A stretch of 64,000 nt of DNA. Origin: a virus. The DNA lies in IMG/VR virus record IMGVR_UViG_3300029955_000018, positions 7,898-71,897 of that record. One strand, written 5' to 3'. Position 1 is the stretch's first letter, and each line of letters starts with the position of its first letter. A program made the translations under genes and the position numbers. Positions 37,784 through 48,401 of this stretch are shown in pieces. The notes below the pieces were generated by a model that saw nothing but the letters and a program-made list of their open reading frames with translations, ran no database searches and was not told the DNA's origin.

Positions 37784-37888
37784 GGCCTCAAACCGATACC
37801 TCTTTGTCCGATTTAAGATTCTAAAGGACTTAGGTAGTGGTGTCCGCATCAGTACTGATGCCATTCAGACTCGTATGTCCGATTCTGC
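37784..37888 (-). repeat. 105-bp inverted repeat, copy B; palindrome at 37846-37861
   Basis: Reverse complement of 26386-26490. Confidence 0.95.
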
Positions 37889-38013
37889 CCGCATTCGTTC
37901 GCGCGTGGGCGAGTGTTTCAGTGGCCGCGCTGCGCTAGTGCCCGAAGAGGTCGGATGCCACCTCTTCTAAAGTATACCCGGCACGGAGTACCATTGAGCC
38001 AAGGAGAATCAGC

Positions 38014-38394
38014 TTGTCTAAAGCCGCAATCGCACCACCCACCATTCAAACCCGCCAGCCGACCCAGGCCTACGGGATCCACATCCACCTCGAGCCCCAC
38101 TGCATGCGGACCGATATTACCGGCCGCGATCTGCCCACCATCGCCGACGCCTGCCGGCAATTCCTCGGTGATGCGCAGCAAACCATGCAATCGGGGATGG
38201 GTAATCCCGCCGGGCAAGCCGCCGGCACTTTGACCCGCACCAGGACGATGAGCGCCGCCCAAAGGAAGGCCCTCAGTGAGGCGGCCAAGCAGCGATGGGC
38301 GGAGAGGCGGGCCGGGGGAACGAAGACGCCGGCCGCTGCCAACCAAACGCGGAAGACGGCAGCGAAACCGAGGGCCATGGAAGCCACCGGGTAA
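38014..38394 (+). CDS. Small basic protein, possibly DNA-binding
   Basis: AAGGAG RBS plus TTG; MSAAQRKALSEAAKQRWA motif. Confidence 0.6.
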   Translation: MSKAAIAPPTIQTRQPTQAYGIHIHLEPHCMRTDITGRDLPTIADACRQFLGDAQQTMQSGMGNPAGQAAGTLTRTRTMSAAQRKALSEAAKQRWAERRAGGTKTPAAANQTRKTAAKPRAMEATG

Positions 38395-38412
38395 AGAGTT
38401 TTTCCTCGACAC

Positions 38413-38461
38413 AAAAAAGCGGCGGTCTCAAACGAAAGGAGAATTAAAGAGAGGCCGCCGC
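38413..38461 (-). terminator. Terminator of the leftward early operon
   Basis: GCGGCGGCCTC...GAGACCGCCGC then TTTTTT. Confidence 0.6.
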
Positions 38462-38470
38462 ACTGCAAAC

Positions 38471-39152
38471 TTAATTGGATTTGTCGAGATCGATGCGGAC
38501 CGGCGCCACCATGCCCGCCGGATCTGTTCCGAACCGGAAGAAGCGCTCCTCGACGTTCGGCTCGTCCAGAAACTCGATCTCAATCATGTGCAGTTCGTGG
38601 GCGGTCACCATGACGGCGTTATCGCGTGCCGCTGCCGCAATTAACCCCTCGATCCGATCTTCCTCCAACTCGATATGCTGCTCGAACAGCAGCTTCCCGT
38701 TAGCGAAACGGCGAATTGCCAGATGGATAATCATAGCTTCCCTCCAGTCCGCTGGAACTCGCGCTTACGCGAGTCCAACAGAACGTCGTACTGGACCGTC
38801 AGCGGATCCCGCCGTCCTTTGACGCGCACCACTATGTAGCGCGCTGCCAGTTCCACCACAATCGGGCCTTGCAGGGGTAGCTTGGTCATCGTTGGCTCCC
38901 CCCAAGAAGCTTCTGGCCTTCCTGAAAGGCTATGGCCGCTATAATCGTTCGCGCGCAGCAGAGATCCCCCAGACCGACAAGCACGCGGTAGCTGTTGCCC
39001 AAATGCCGACCAGCTTGCCGGTCGGCGTCGTGCCGCGTGTCCCGGCGGATCTCGAACGAGGATTCGATGTGATGCTTTTTCAGTGCCTCCTGAAGCCTCA
39101 CCAACTCATCAAAGCTTCGGGCGTCTGTCAGTTTCCGTTTGCCCCTGGTCAT
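38471..39152 (-). other. Small early genes (38471-38734, 38886-39152)
   Basis: ORFs in operon orientation. Confidence 0.5.
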
Positions 39153-39409
39153 CGTTGAACCTTCTTTCGCATGGATTTCTCCTCGGTCGAAACGCACGCC
39201 ACAACAGGCGCGCTCCGGCCATGGCGTTGGCCATCCATATTGCCACAAACACGGCGGCCGCGATCGCATGGGCGCTCATCTGTGGCCATCCATTGTCATC
39301 GCCACGACGGCTATAAGCACTAACAGCACAAGCCCTGGCCAACCTCCAGCCAGGGCTTGCAACATGCGGCGCACTTCCTCGCATATGGAGCGGCTAGCGC
39401 TCAGTTTAC

Positions 39410-40165
39410 TCACTTCCGCACCAGATACGTTCCACCGGCGAGCTGAGCGCCGGGGACTGCGACGTCGGCCTTCAGGTCGGCCTTGACCAGGCTGAGGCTG
39501 ACATCGGCCTTGGGGGTCTTCACTTCGCCTAATACCTGGTCGCGAAGATCCAGGTCGAGCGAGTCGCAGACCAACTCCCACGTCTCGGCCGGCAGGGTGA
39601 CTGTGACGCGCTTGTACCTCGCGGGCACGGCTTGCTCATCGGTCACTTCCACTCGCTTATCGCACCCGCGCAGGGACAGGGTGACGGTATTGCCCTCCAG
39701 CCTCTTGTGCTTGCCTTTGTCGTCGACACCCAGGCTGTCGATTACGCGCATGACGTAGCCTTCCACGCGGTCGAGGGCGCGCCGGTAGAACTGCTCGCGC
39801 TCCTGCAGGCGCTTCGTTTCGGCGTGCGCAAAGGCAATCTGCGATTCGAGGTGCGCCAGGAACTGGCCCACGCGATCGCGCTTCTCGACGGTGGCCAGCA
39901 ATGTCGCGTGCAGCTCGAGGGCGTACTCGCGCTCGAGTTCCTCGGGCACCAGGTCCTCGGTGTCGAGGAGGGCGGCCAAGTGCGTCTCCAGATCGTACAG
40001 AGGCCGCGCCGCAGGTGGAGTCGCCGGCACCAGGCGCAGCGTCTCTCCTCCGGCCTTCAGGGCGGTTGCCTCGAATTCCCGTGCTTTCGCGGAGTCGGGG
40101 AACTGGAAGACCTTGCCGTCGCCGGTCTGTATCACGGCGGGAAGGGTATCGATGGCGGTGGCCAT
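39410..40165 (-). CDS. Siphovirus Gp157-like protein
   Basis: Coiled coil then LEG..VTLS...VEVTDEQAVPARY...VPGAQL...YLVRK; AGGAGG RBS. Confidence 0.7.
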   Translation of the reverse strand: MATAIDTLPAVIQTGDGKVFQFPDSAKAREFEATALKAGGETLRLVPATPPAARPLYDLETHLAALLDTEDLVPEELEREYALELHATLLATVEKRDRVGQFLAHLESQIAFAHAETKRLQEREQFYRRALDRVEGYVMRVIDSLGVDDKGKHKRLEGNTVTLSLRGCDKRVEVTDEQAVPARYKRVTVTLPAETWELVCDSLDLDLRDQVLGEVKTPKADVSLSLVKADLKADVAVPGAQLAGGTYLVRK

Positions 40166-40166
40166 G

Positions 40167-41603
40167 CTATTTGCCCTCCTTGCGGGCCTCGAGGTGGCGA
40201 TAGAGGTCCAGCACCTTGGCCTTCACTGCGTCTTTAGCTGGGCCCGCGCCCTTGATGGCATCGAGAGCGTTACGAATGGCTGCGAAGTCGCGCCAGCCGT
40301 AGCGCTCCAACTCTTCGCCCCACGCCGTCTCGCCCACTTCTGTCCGCATGCCTTCGAATGCCTTGGCCATTTCCGCCATGTTCTTCCATCCCGGCCGGAT
40401 CGGCTCGATGTTGCCGGTGCGGATCTTCTGCTCGGCGACATACTGCTGGGCAGACCGCGAGTTGGGCTGCCGTCCCCCGATATCGATATCCTCCTGCGGT
40501 GGCGTGAAGTCTTCCACGTCCTGGGTGAAGAACTCGGAGGCGCTGGTGGCGTTCACGACGCCATCGACCATTGCCCGCTTGCGTGCCATCTTCAGAATGG
40601 TGTTGACCTGGTCGGCCACGTCGGGATTTGGCTTGCGGCCCACCTGTTGCCCCTCGATAGTCTGATCGCCGTCGAGAAATAGCTTGCCGCAACCGCCCTT
40701 TTTTTTGAAGCAGAGCCAGCCTCCGCCGAATTCAGCCCGGCCCTTGATGATGGTGCTCTGGCCGCACTCGGGGCAAGTGCGCTCACCTTTGCGCCAGCGG
40801 TACTTGGCCTCCCAGGAATTGCAGGAGCCCAACCCTTCGGCGATCAGGAAGTCGCCGCGGTAGACCTGTGCCAGCAGTTGATAGTAGAAGAACGGCTCGC
40901 CTCCATGCCGCTCGCCGCTCCAGTCTTCGACTTTCTCATCGAACCGGTACCGGATGGTCAGGCCGAAGAGGTTGCACAGCTTTTCGGCGCCCGGCTTCAT
41001 CAGCGCAGGTCTTTCCCCGCCCGGGATCTTGCCGTAATCAACTCCATCGACCATGAGTTGCTTCATGGCCTGGACGATGACATCGCGGCGGGCTACCGCC
41101 TGCTGGATGTCCATCACCGGCAGGAACCGCGCCACTTCCGCGGTGCTACCATTCTTGTTGTCAGGTACGATCAGAGCGGTTTGCTTGTCCGACTCTGCCA
41201 GGGCGGGTGGTGGAACACTCGCCTTGGACCATCCATTTTCCGGCGCGTCCATCGCGACGGCCTTACCGTTTAGCCAACCCATACGTTTCTCCTTTTCGCA
41301 CTGTTTGCAATCTGTGAAGGTGCCCGGCAGGAGCGCGTCCGCGAAGGCCGTGTCCTGCCAGTGCCCACACTCTAATTCGATTCGTCCTTGTCCTATCACT
41401 ACTGCCCGCGAATACGGCGCTTCTGCAATTCCGTCTGTCCCGCAATACTCCCTCCACTCGCGATCCGTCATCCTTCGGAATTTGTGCCCCAGATCGTAGT
41501 GGAACTTCCGGATGACTCCACACGTTGCGCAAGCGGTCCACCGTAATTGAGGATCCTGGTAGTTGCGCTTGCGCTCGCAGTCGACTTGGAAAGCAGAGGT
41601 CAT
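40167..41603 (-). CDS. Putative single-strand annealing/recombination protein with Zn insertion; internal start at 41282
   Basis: DYGKIPG..PALMKPGAEKLC..F, GLGSCNSWE.KYR, NTILKMARKRA.VD; adjacent to a Gp157-like gene. Confidence 0.6.
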   Translation of the reverse strand: MTSAFQVDCERKRNYQDPQLRWTACATCGVIRKFHYDLGHKFRRMTDREWREYCGTDGIAEAPYSRAVVIGQGRIELECGHWQDTAFADALLPGTFTDCKQCEKEKRMGWLNGKAVAMDAPENGWSKASVPPPALAESDKQTALIVPDNKNGSTAEVARFLPVMDIQQAVARRDVIVQAMKQLMVDGVDYGKIPGGERPALMKPGAEKLCNLFGLTIRYRFDEKVEDWSGERHGGEPFFYYQLLAQVYRGDFLIAEGLGSCNSWEAKYRWRKGERTCPECGQSTIIKGRAEFGGGWLCFKKKGGCGKLFLDGDQTIEGQQVGRKPNPDVADQVNTILKMARKRAMVDGVVNATSASEFFTQDVEDFTPPQEDIDIGGRQPNSRSAQQYVAEQKIRTGNIEPIRPGWKNMAEMAKAFEGMRTEVGETAWGEELERYGWRDFAAIRNALDAIKGAGPAKDAVKAKVLDLYRHLEARKEGK

Positions 41604-41727
41604 GCAATCCTTCCCCTTTACCGCCCGGCACGTGGGTAGTTCCGGAACCACGCGCCAATCGCCCGGTATCTCCCGTAGAGGTATCCAGCGAGGAACAAAC
41701 CGAAACCGAGTAGCGCTACTGTCATCT

Positions 41728-42066
41728 TCATGCCGCCTCCATCCTGCGTCTGAGATTCTGTAGCGTGGCAGCCGCGGCCCGCAGGGTCCCCATGTCGGTT
41801 TTGTCCGTGGTGGCCTGTCCGTATCTGATGACCACCTCCATTTGCGCCAGGGCATCGGCGAGTCCTTCCAGAAACAGCTTGGCTTCGCGTTCCTGGTTGG
41901 CGGCCCAGTTGTGATCGGCGGCCTCGTACTCGGAATTCTTGGCGATCTCCGCCGCCTTCTCCTGCATGGCCTTGTGTAGCGCCGGCAGGAAGCGGTCCAG
42001 GTCGAGATGTTCGTCCCACAGGCACTCTACGACGCTTCGGGCGATCCGTTCGTATTCGTTCGTCAT
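41728..42066 (-). CDS. Hypothetical protein
   Basis: AAGGAG RBS; MTNEYERIARS. Confidence 0.6.
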   Translation of the reverse strand: MTNEYERIARSVVECLWDEHLDLDRFLPALHKAMQEKAAEIAKNSEYEAADHNWAANQEREAKLFLEGLADALAQMEVVIRYGQATTDKTDMGTLRAAAATLQNLRRRMEAA

Positions 42067-42383
42067 GCAGTTCTCCTTTGCCTCAGTTCCCACAGCTTGT
42101 TGAACTTCCGAATCAATGCCAGGATATCCAGGCCATGCTCCTTTGCGAATGCTCGCGGGTCCGCATCGAATGCGTCGTGGCACGTGCGGCAGAGCGGGAC
42201 GCACTTCAGATCGCAGGCCTTTTGCGAGGTTCCATGTGGGCCTGTATGGCACGGGTCTACCAGTCGCGTCGATCCACAGGCCGCACAGGCGAAGCCCTTT
42301 ACGAATCGCTTGTAAAGCGGGTTGCGGATCGGCTTCTCAGCTTTGTAGATCGGTTTCGATGCGAGTTGGAAAGCCTGGAACAT
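42063..42383 (-). CDS. DUF968/Ref-like Zn-HNH-type protein
   Basis: FACAACG...H....G..QKACD...VPLCRTCH. Confidence 0.7.
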   Translation of the reverse strand: MFQAFQLASKPIYKAEKPIRNPLYKRFVKGFACAACGSTRLVDPCHTGPHGTSQKACDLKCVPLCRTCHDAFDADPRAFAKEHGLDILALIRKFNKLWELRQRRTA

Positions 42384-42393
42384 GGCAGCCTCT

Positions 42394-42450
42394 TATTTAA
42401 TATATGATGATGATGATTGAGAAGTCAATAGAAAAATAGTGTATGATGAT
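42394..42450. promoter_or_regulatory. Divergent AT-rich control region
   Basis: Minus-strand TTGACT...TATATT with (ATC)4 in the spacer; TATGATGATG recurs at 42442. Confidence 0.6.
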
Positions 42451-43014
42451 GGGCATGGGTAAAGTTGGCCCTGCGGAACAAGCTGCGTCTGTGAGTTGCC
42501 TCCGGTGCGGGAATGCTTGGACTCCACGAGTTCCGGGCCGTCCCAAGCAGTGCCCGAGTTGTCATCAGGCCAGATGGGACGTTCCCGCGTGGAGCGGACG
42601 CCCGCGAGGCAGACCTAAGAAGAAGAGGGCGCCGAAATGAAGAACATTGTCACCCTTTCACTCTGCCTTGCCGTGCTTCTTGTCGCCGGTGCGGTTTGCT
42701 ACTACGTCGCGATTGCGTTACCGCGTGCATCGGCCGCTCGCCTCGAATTCGAAAAACAGAAGTATGCCGCTGAACAGGTGGCCCGCGAGACGGCGGAGAA
42801 GAAGCGAAAGCAGGCGGACTTTCAGCGCCAACTGGACTACCAGTATTGCGACGATGAGGCCGAAAAAGAGTACTGGGAGTTCATCAGGCTAAACGGGACG
42901 CCGGTTTCTGGGCAGAAAGATGTTTGGACCACTCCCGCATGGGTGAGAAAAGAGGGTGCCGCGAAAAAAACGGCTTACGTTGCTGGATGTCTGGCTAGGC
43001 TGGGCTCCAAATGA
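42443..43014 (+). other. Zn-ribbon plus AT-hook-like protein (42443-42640) and membrane-anchored protein (42637-43014)
   Basis: CLRCG..W...CPSC...RPRGRPK; N-terminal TM segment. Confidence 0.6.
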
Positions 43015-43048
43015 AGTACGATACGGTACGGAAGAAAGCCGCAAAAGG

Positions 43049-43195
43049 GTGAAGTTCAGAGACATCATCAAGGCTGTCGAGGCAGACGGTTGGAGGATGG
43101 TCGCACAGGAAGGAAGTCCCCGCGTTTGGGATGCGCGAGTGGTGGGACTCTGCTACGATTCGCCTTGGGCATTCCGCTATTACGAAAGGGCCTGA
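43049..43195 (+). pseudogene. HicA-like toxin N-terminal remnant
   Basis: MKFRDIIKAVEADGWRMVAQEGS follows the HicA start but breaks off before the catalytic His of GSH. Confidence 0.5.
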
Positions 43196-45684
43196 ATGCG
43201 ATCCATCGAGTTGCAAATAGACCTGGGGGACCTGGAGACCGGCGAATGTCTCCAGGCGAAGGTGGAGATTATCCTTGTCGGTTCGGCGGCCGTCACCGCG
43301 ATCCACTGTTCCCGTCCAGTCTCTCCGTTGGAAGAAAAGACAATTCACCTCCTGATCGAACGGGCACTGGAACAGATCACCGGTAGAGGGGCAAGCACCC
43401 AAGGATCGGCACACTTTACGGATGAAAGGGAATTGCAGAAGGCGATGCGATTGCATCTGGGAGGAGGGCAAGGCTGAAATGTCGGCGAACCTCAAGTGGA
43501 CGCCATCCAAACATACCGGGCACGATCTTCCCGACGCGCTGCGGTTTGCGCTCGAGAAGAACCCCTCCGGCAACGACCGTCGCCACTTCGGAGAGGCTTC
43601 GATTCCGTACCTGGAAGGACTGCGCGATGCCGGTATCGACGGAGCCCAGCAGCTTATCGACGCTATCGAGAAGTGCGGCGATGTAGAGGTGTATTGGGAA
43701 TACTGACAATGCCGACCAAGAAGACTGACAGCCTCTTCACCGAATCCACCGATGTGCCGGTATCCAAATCTATTGGCGAGATTCTCGCGCTGCTGGTCCG
43801 CGCCGGCGCCACAAGCATCAATCAGGAGCTGGAGGGCGGGAAGGTTACCGGGCTATCCTTCGTGATCCCCATGGGCGCTGGCCGTATTCCCTACAAGCTG
43901 CCAGTGAGAGTGGATCCCGTGTTTGCCAAACTCAACGGCCGCCGCGATGTCTGGGGGAAGTTCGGTCAGCGTGGGATGGCCGCGAAAGATCGCGAACAGG
44001 CGGAGCGCGTGGCGTGGCGGCAGCTCTACTGGTGGCTCAAATCTCAATTAGCTTTGATCGACCTGGGGATGGTGCAGGCGGGCGAGGTGTTGATGCCTTA
44101 CATGCTCGATAGGGAGGGGCGGACTTTCTATGAGGTCCACGGGCCCAAGTTGTTGGAGGCACCCAAGGGAGAAAGCGCATGAGCGACAAAGTTGTTTCTC
44201 GCGCACCGGAGAGTCCGTCTTCGCCTCAAGCTGCGTTGGGCCAGCTTGTCGATTTCGGTCTCAAGACTGTCGACGAGTGGTGGGTGATGCGAAACGGAGA
44301 GATGGCCCATGTCCAGGTACGCAGTGGTTTGATGTCCTGCGGAGGGGACAAACTGCAATGAGAGGCCCATGGAGCCACGAGGAACTGGGACGGCTGAAGC
44401 GCGTTACGCGGGAACGCCTGGAGAGCACCGAAACCGAGTATGCCAACGTGCGGCGGGGAGGAATTGAGGATGGACGACGGGACGATCAAAATGCGGGCGG
44501 ATTACCGGATGACGATACCGACCGATGAAGAGTTGCGCCGGGCTTACGACGCCATCGATAAAGACGGGCCGGGTGCCGAGTGGACCCTCCGCCTGTCGAT
44601 GCTGGCATTGAAACATCCCGTCGTAAAGCGCTGGCTGGATAATGTGACCCCTTTTACTTCGGCATCGCGGCCTGTCATTATGGCCGCCCTGGTGATGGGA
44701 CTGAACTTCGGCCTCCGCATTGGAGAGGAGAGATGCCGGAAGATAGAAGAGCGAAGGTAAGAATGCGGGCAAAGTCTACGGGTAGAGACGGTGCGCTTTG
44801 GGCTTGCAACACGTGCGGAGCGGAGAATCCGAAACCGTGAGCGAACACTACACGCTGATCGGACAGACGGCGGTGCCCGTCGAACCGTGCGACCCTTACA
44901 CACCGGAGGGCATTGCCGGCCTGCTGGGATGGGCCCGCTGGTATGAAGACGCCGACCGGATTGTGAAACAGGAAAACGTCCTGGGTATTTGCCGGGTGAG
45001 CACCGTATTTCTGGGCCTTGACCATTCCTTCTTCAGTGGACGGCATATGGAACAGCAGGTGGCCGAACTCGCGGGCAGGTTGGGATTGGCAGCGCAGCTT
45101 GTCCACCGGCCGATCCTCTTCGAGACCATGGCGTTCTGGGACGGCACTGGAGCGGAGGAGCAGTCTCGCTGCGCGACCTGGCTCGAAGCGGAAGCGATGC
45201 ACGCGCGCATGGTGGCGGAGGTAGCGCGGCCTCGGGCGGTACTGTCCTACATCGGCCGATTCATCGGGGAGCAGTTTGAGGGAGCACGAAACGATTGGAG
45301 GAAGTTGTGGCGGAAGAGGAGTTTTGAGTGAAGGTGGGCGGAGGCAAGGGGTTAGCGATCCTGGAGAAATGCGCCGTAGCTCTGGGATGCAGAACCGAGG
45401 ACCTCGTTTACCGGGTCAATCTGATCGTGGTGGCTTCCAGTGAGGAGATGATGCCGGGGCGAGTCCTGAATACGCCGGCCGGGCGAAAGTCCGTCGTAAT
45501 GCCGCTCACCCGCGAGGAATGGGACGTATGCCGGCAGTTCAATCGCTTCATGCAAGAGAGGCAGGGACGGGGGCCCGCCCGCTGGCGCTGCGCTGGGGAA
45601 CGCGCCGATATAATGCGGGATGCTCCGGAACTGCCGGAGGAACCACCCGCGGAGTATTGGCACTATCTGTGCCGGGAGGCCTGA
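43196..45684 (+). other. Rightward cluster of hypothetical genes (43196-43477, 43479-43706, 43709-44182 conserved phage protein, 44179-44361, 44470-44760, 44837-45331, 45328-45684)
   Basis: Tight packing; 43709 ORF has EQAERVAWRQLYWWLKSQLALI. Confidence 0.55.
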
Positions 45685-45895
45685 TACGACCAGGCGGAAT
45701 TCACCGGGAATCTGAAGATGTTCGGCGAACCGCCGGCGTGGATTGTCGAACAGATGCAGAACGCTCCTCCGGACTTGCTGGAGACGATACTGAAGTGCCG
45801 GAAGGCCTCTTCTTAGGTCTAGGCTTGGGCCGGTGGCAGGGCAAGTCCCAGCCGGGTAGCTCATAGATCTGGTCTTCGGTCTCCCCGGGGAACAT

Positions 45896-46360
45896 TTAAG
45901 GCTGCGCTTTGGCGATCGCGGCAGTCACCGCCGCATTGTGTGCCAGGGATAGGATCTCGGTAGCGTACCCGGGCGCGGTGGCGTAGATATGCGCAATCCC
46001 GCGAATCAGGTTGTCCAAGTCGCGGTCCTGTTCGTATTCCCGCCAGGCGTCGGAGTAGCGGCCACCTTGGATCAGCTTGGCGTGGGCAATGAAGCAATCC
46101 GCCAGGGAGTCGTAAGCTTCAAAGGCTAGGCGCATAGTCTGCCACTGACCGTTCAGGTACTCTTTGGTGAGTTGGTAGGTCTCATGCGTATCGCTCGCTT
46201 TTATGCCAAAGCAGTTGTTCCCTGGAGATGACTTCCCCCATCCGCTCTCGATCGCGCACTGAGCCACGCTCAACTCGGCGGGACATGCGGTGGCTTTCTC
46301 GGCGACTATCGCCGCTTGAGATGCCGACTGCAAAAAAGCGGTTTGTTGTGGAGTTAGCAT
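45896..46360 (-). CDS. Endolysin, GH73/FlgJ-type glucosaminidase
   Basis: AQCAIESGWG, NNCFGIKA, TKEY, YATAPGY. Confidence 0.88.
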   Translation of the reverse strand: MLTPQQTAFLQSASQAAIVAEKATACPAELSVAQCAIESGWGKSSPGNNCFGIKASDTHETYQLTKEYLNGQWQTMRLAFEAYDSLADCFIAHAKLIQGGRYSDAWREYEQDRDLDNLIRGIAHIYATAPGYATEILSLAHNAAVTAAIAKAQP

Positions 46361-46581
46361 TTTTCCTCGGTCGTAGGTCTGGCGGAGGTGACCAGGGAGG
46401 TAGGATCCGCAGGAGGACGTCCCCGTGCGGTTACCAGCGTCAATAGACAGCCCATGCAGCCACCGGCCGCCTGCAGGGCGAAAGCCGTGAGCTTTTCGTT
46501 GGTAAGGAGGGCCAAGCCGCACATGGCGAGCACCAGTGCGGCCATCAGGAGTTTGTCGAATTGCGTCTGAAGAAAAGTCAT
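46354..46581 (-). CDS. Putative holin
   Basis: 75 aa, two TM segments, overlaps the endolysin start. Confidence 0.6.
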   Translation of the reverse strand: MTFLQTQFDKLLMAALVLAMCGLALLTNEKLTAFALQAAGGCMGCLLTLVTARGRPPADPTSLVTSARPTTEEKC

Positions 46582-46584
46582 GGT

Positions 46585-47067
46585 TTACTTCTTTGCGGCC
46601 AGCGCCCTGGCTACAGTCACGCCCTTGATCCGCTCATATTCCGCAGTCCAGTCCGTCGTCAAAATCTTTTGCGCCGCGGCCAAGGTGATGCTCCCTTTGC
46701 AGACGCGGTGGGCAAGGTTGGTTTCCACCGCGTCCTTTAGCCGGGCTTGGGGCCAGATCTCAGGCCAGAGGTTTTTAGGATCGGTAGGATTGCCGCCCAG
46801 CTCCAGGCTGATGAGGTGATCGAGTTCGTAATCGCCAGGCTGTCCATTCAACCCGGCCTGCGCCATTTCCTGAACTTTCAGCTTGTTGGTATAGCTAACC
46901 GGCGGTCGAACGGTCTTCGTCCAGCCGGACTTGCAGATGGTTGCCTGGATGGTAGCCTGACTTACCGCCGGGTTTGTCGCTCCTGGCGTAACCGCCGGAT
47001 TCGGCAGATAGACGGGTTGCGCCAGCGCCGCGGCCACCAGGAGAAGTATGGAGAGAATCGTTTTCAC
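46585..47067 (-). CDS. Secreted HNH-fold protein
   Basis: GTG start, signal MKTILSILLLVAAALA/Q; TPGATNP...IC..GWT..VRPP; YELDHLISLELGG...NLWPE. Confidence 0.7.
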   Translation of the reverse strand: MKTILSILLLVAAALAQPVYLPNPAVTPGATNPAVSQATIQATICKSGWTKTVRPPVSYTNKLKVQEMAQAGLNGQPGDYELDHLISLELGGNPTDPKNLWPEIWPQARLKDAVETNLAHRVCKGSITLAAAQKILTTDWTAEYERIKGVTVARALAAKK

Positions 47068-47672
47068 TTCACATCTCCCTCGGGCAAATGCAATCTCCGC
47101 ATCACGACCCGCATCTGCTTGACGGTCGGGGATGCGGTTGCGGGGCTCGCCACGGGCACGGGAGTCTTCTGGAAGCCGTAGGCCACCAATAACGAGGGAG
47201 AGAACACGGCGGTCGCCAGAGCCCCGCTGGTGAGGCTGTAGGCGGCATTGCTGGCCTTCGCCTGTGGAATGATGTGGACGTTCCCGATACGGAAATCCAC
47301 GCCCACTCCCCCGGTGAATGCGGGCGCCGCTGCGGCTCCTCCCGCGGCGGCGGATACGCCTCCTGCTGCGTTTACTAGCAGGCACACCGATTTAGCCGGG
47401 TTGCAGGCCGCTACGAAGGTGGCCCCGGTGGTGATGGTGGAGGGCAGCGGCGCCGCGCTATTGGGATTTCGGGCGATCGGGGTAACGATGTCGGTCCAGG
47501 AATACCAACTGGAGGAGCCGAGACGAAGGGCAAACGAGGTGTCGTCGTTCAACGGGTACGACGCTCCGCGAATCCAGCTCGGCCCCGTGCCGATCATGTA
47601 ATCGGCGAGATTGCCCGTTTGCCCGAATGCGCAGAGAGATACCAACGAGAGAATAAAGGTTTTGAGTTTCAT
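47064..47672 (-). CDS. Secreted/outer-membrane beta-rich protein
   Basis: Signal MKLKTFILSLVSLCAFG/Q; alternating beta-strand pattern. Confidence 0.6.
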   Translation of the reverse strand: MKLKTFILSLVSLCAFGQTGNLADYMIGTGPSWIRGASYPLNDDTSFALRLGSSSWYSWTDIVTPIARNPNSAAPLPSTITTGATFVAACNPAKSVCLLVNAAGGVSAAAGGAAAAPAFTGGVGVDFRIGNVHIIPQAKASNAAYSLTSGALATAVFSPSLLVAYGFQKTPVPVASPATASPTVKQMRVVMRRLHLPEGDVK

Positions 47673-47726
47673 AGATTTTTCCTGTTTGGCCTTTTCAAAG
47701 AGATACGATTGAATAGTGATCGTTAA

Positions 47727-48347
47727 CTAAATACTGTCGAACCGAGATAGCTTCGGCTTGCCCAGCAGCGGAATCCATTTCGAGTAGATCGCCATTTCCA
47801 CCAGGTCTTGCGGCGTTTCCTTGGTCCAATCGATGCCCGTCAGCAGACCCGACGCGGTGAGGACGGCCGTCACCCAGGAGGAACATACCATTTTGGTTTT
47901 GTGCTCGGCCTGTCCGACATGGGCGCCGAGAATGGGGAAGCCACGCAGGACGAACTCGAACAGATCGGCCACGTCGTATTGCACGAAGCCGTCGGACGCG
48001 CCGATCACGGCGTAAAACTTCTCCCAGTCAACCTTGGAGCGCGCTTCATCGCTCAGCAGAAGCGCCGCGGCCGTCGCACCGGCGCCGTAGCCCGCGAGCG
48101 TGACACCGAGCGGTTCCGTTTGGACGCCGTTCAGGCTCCCGGCCGTCAATATCGTGGGCCGCGTGCTCTGGCTGATCTTCGCGTCTTCGCCTTGATCCGT
48201 CACGGGCTGGCGGACGATGGCCGAGTGCGATGGCCCGGCCTCGTAGAGTTCGATGATAGTGGAGAGCGGCTCGCGCCCCCAGAACATCACCAGGTCGCCG
48301 GCGCGGAGCTGGCCTTTGACTGCGTTGTATTGTGTGAGACTGTTCAT
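47727..48347 (-). CDS. Permuted papain-like (YiiX/YebB NlpC/P60) enzyme
   Basis: LRAGDLVMF, SHSAIV, YD, C-terminal VCSSWV, TPQDL. Confidence 0.8.
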   Translation of the reverse strand: MNSLTQYNAVKGQLRAGDLVMFWGREPLSTIIELYEAGPSHSAIVRQPVTDQGEDAKISQSTRPTILTAGSLNGVQTEPLGVTLAGYGAGATAAALLLSDEARSKVDWEKFYAVIGASDGFVQYDVADLFEFVLRGFPILGAHVGQAEHKTKMVCSSWVTAVLTASGLLTGIDWTKETPQDLVEMAIYSKWIPLLGKPKLSRFDSI

Positions 48348-48401
48348 GGATTTTCCTCGGAGGTATGATGGGCAAGGGCCGTAGGTCAAGCGGTCCACTT
48401 C

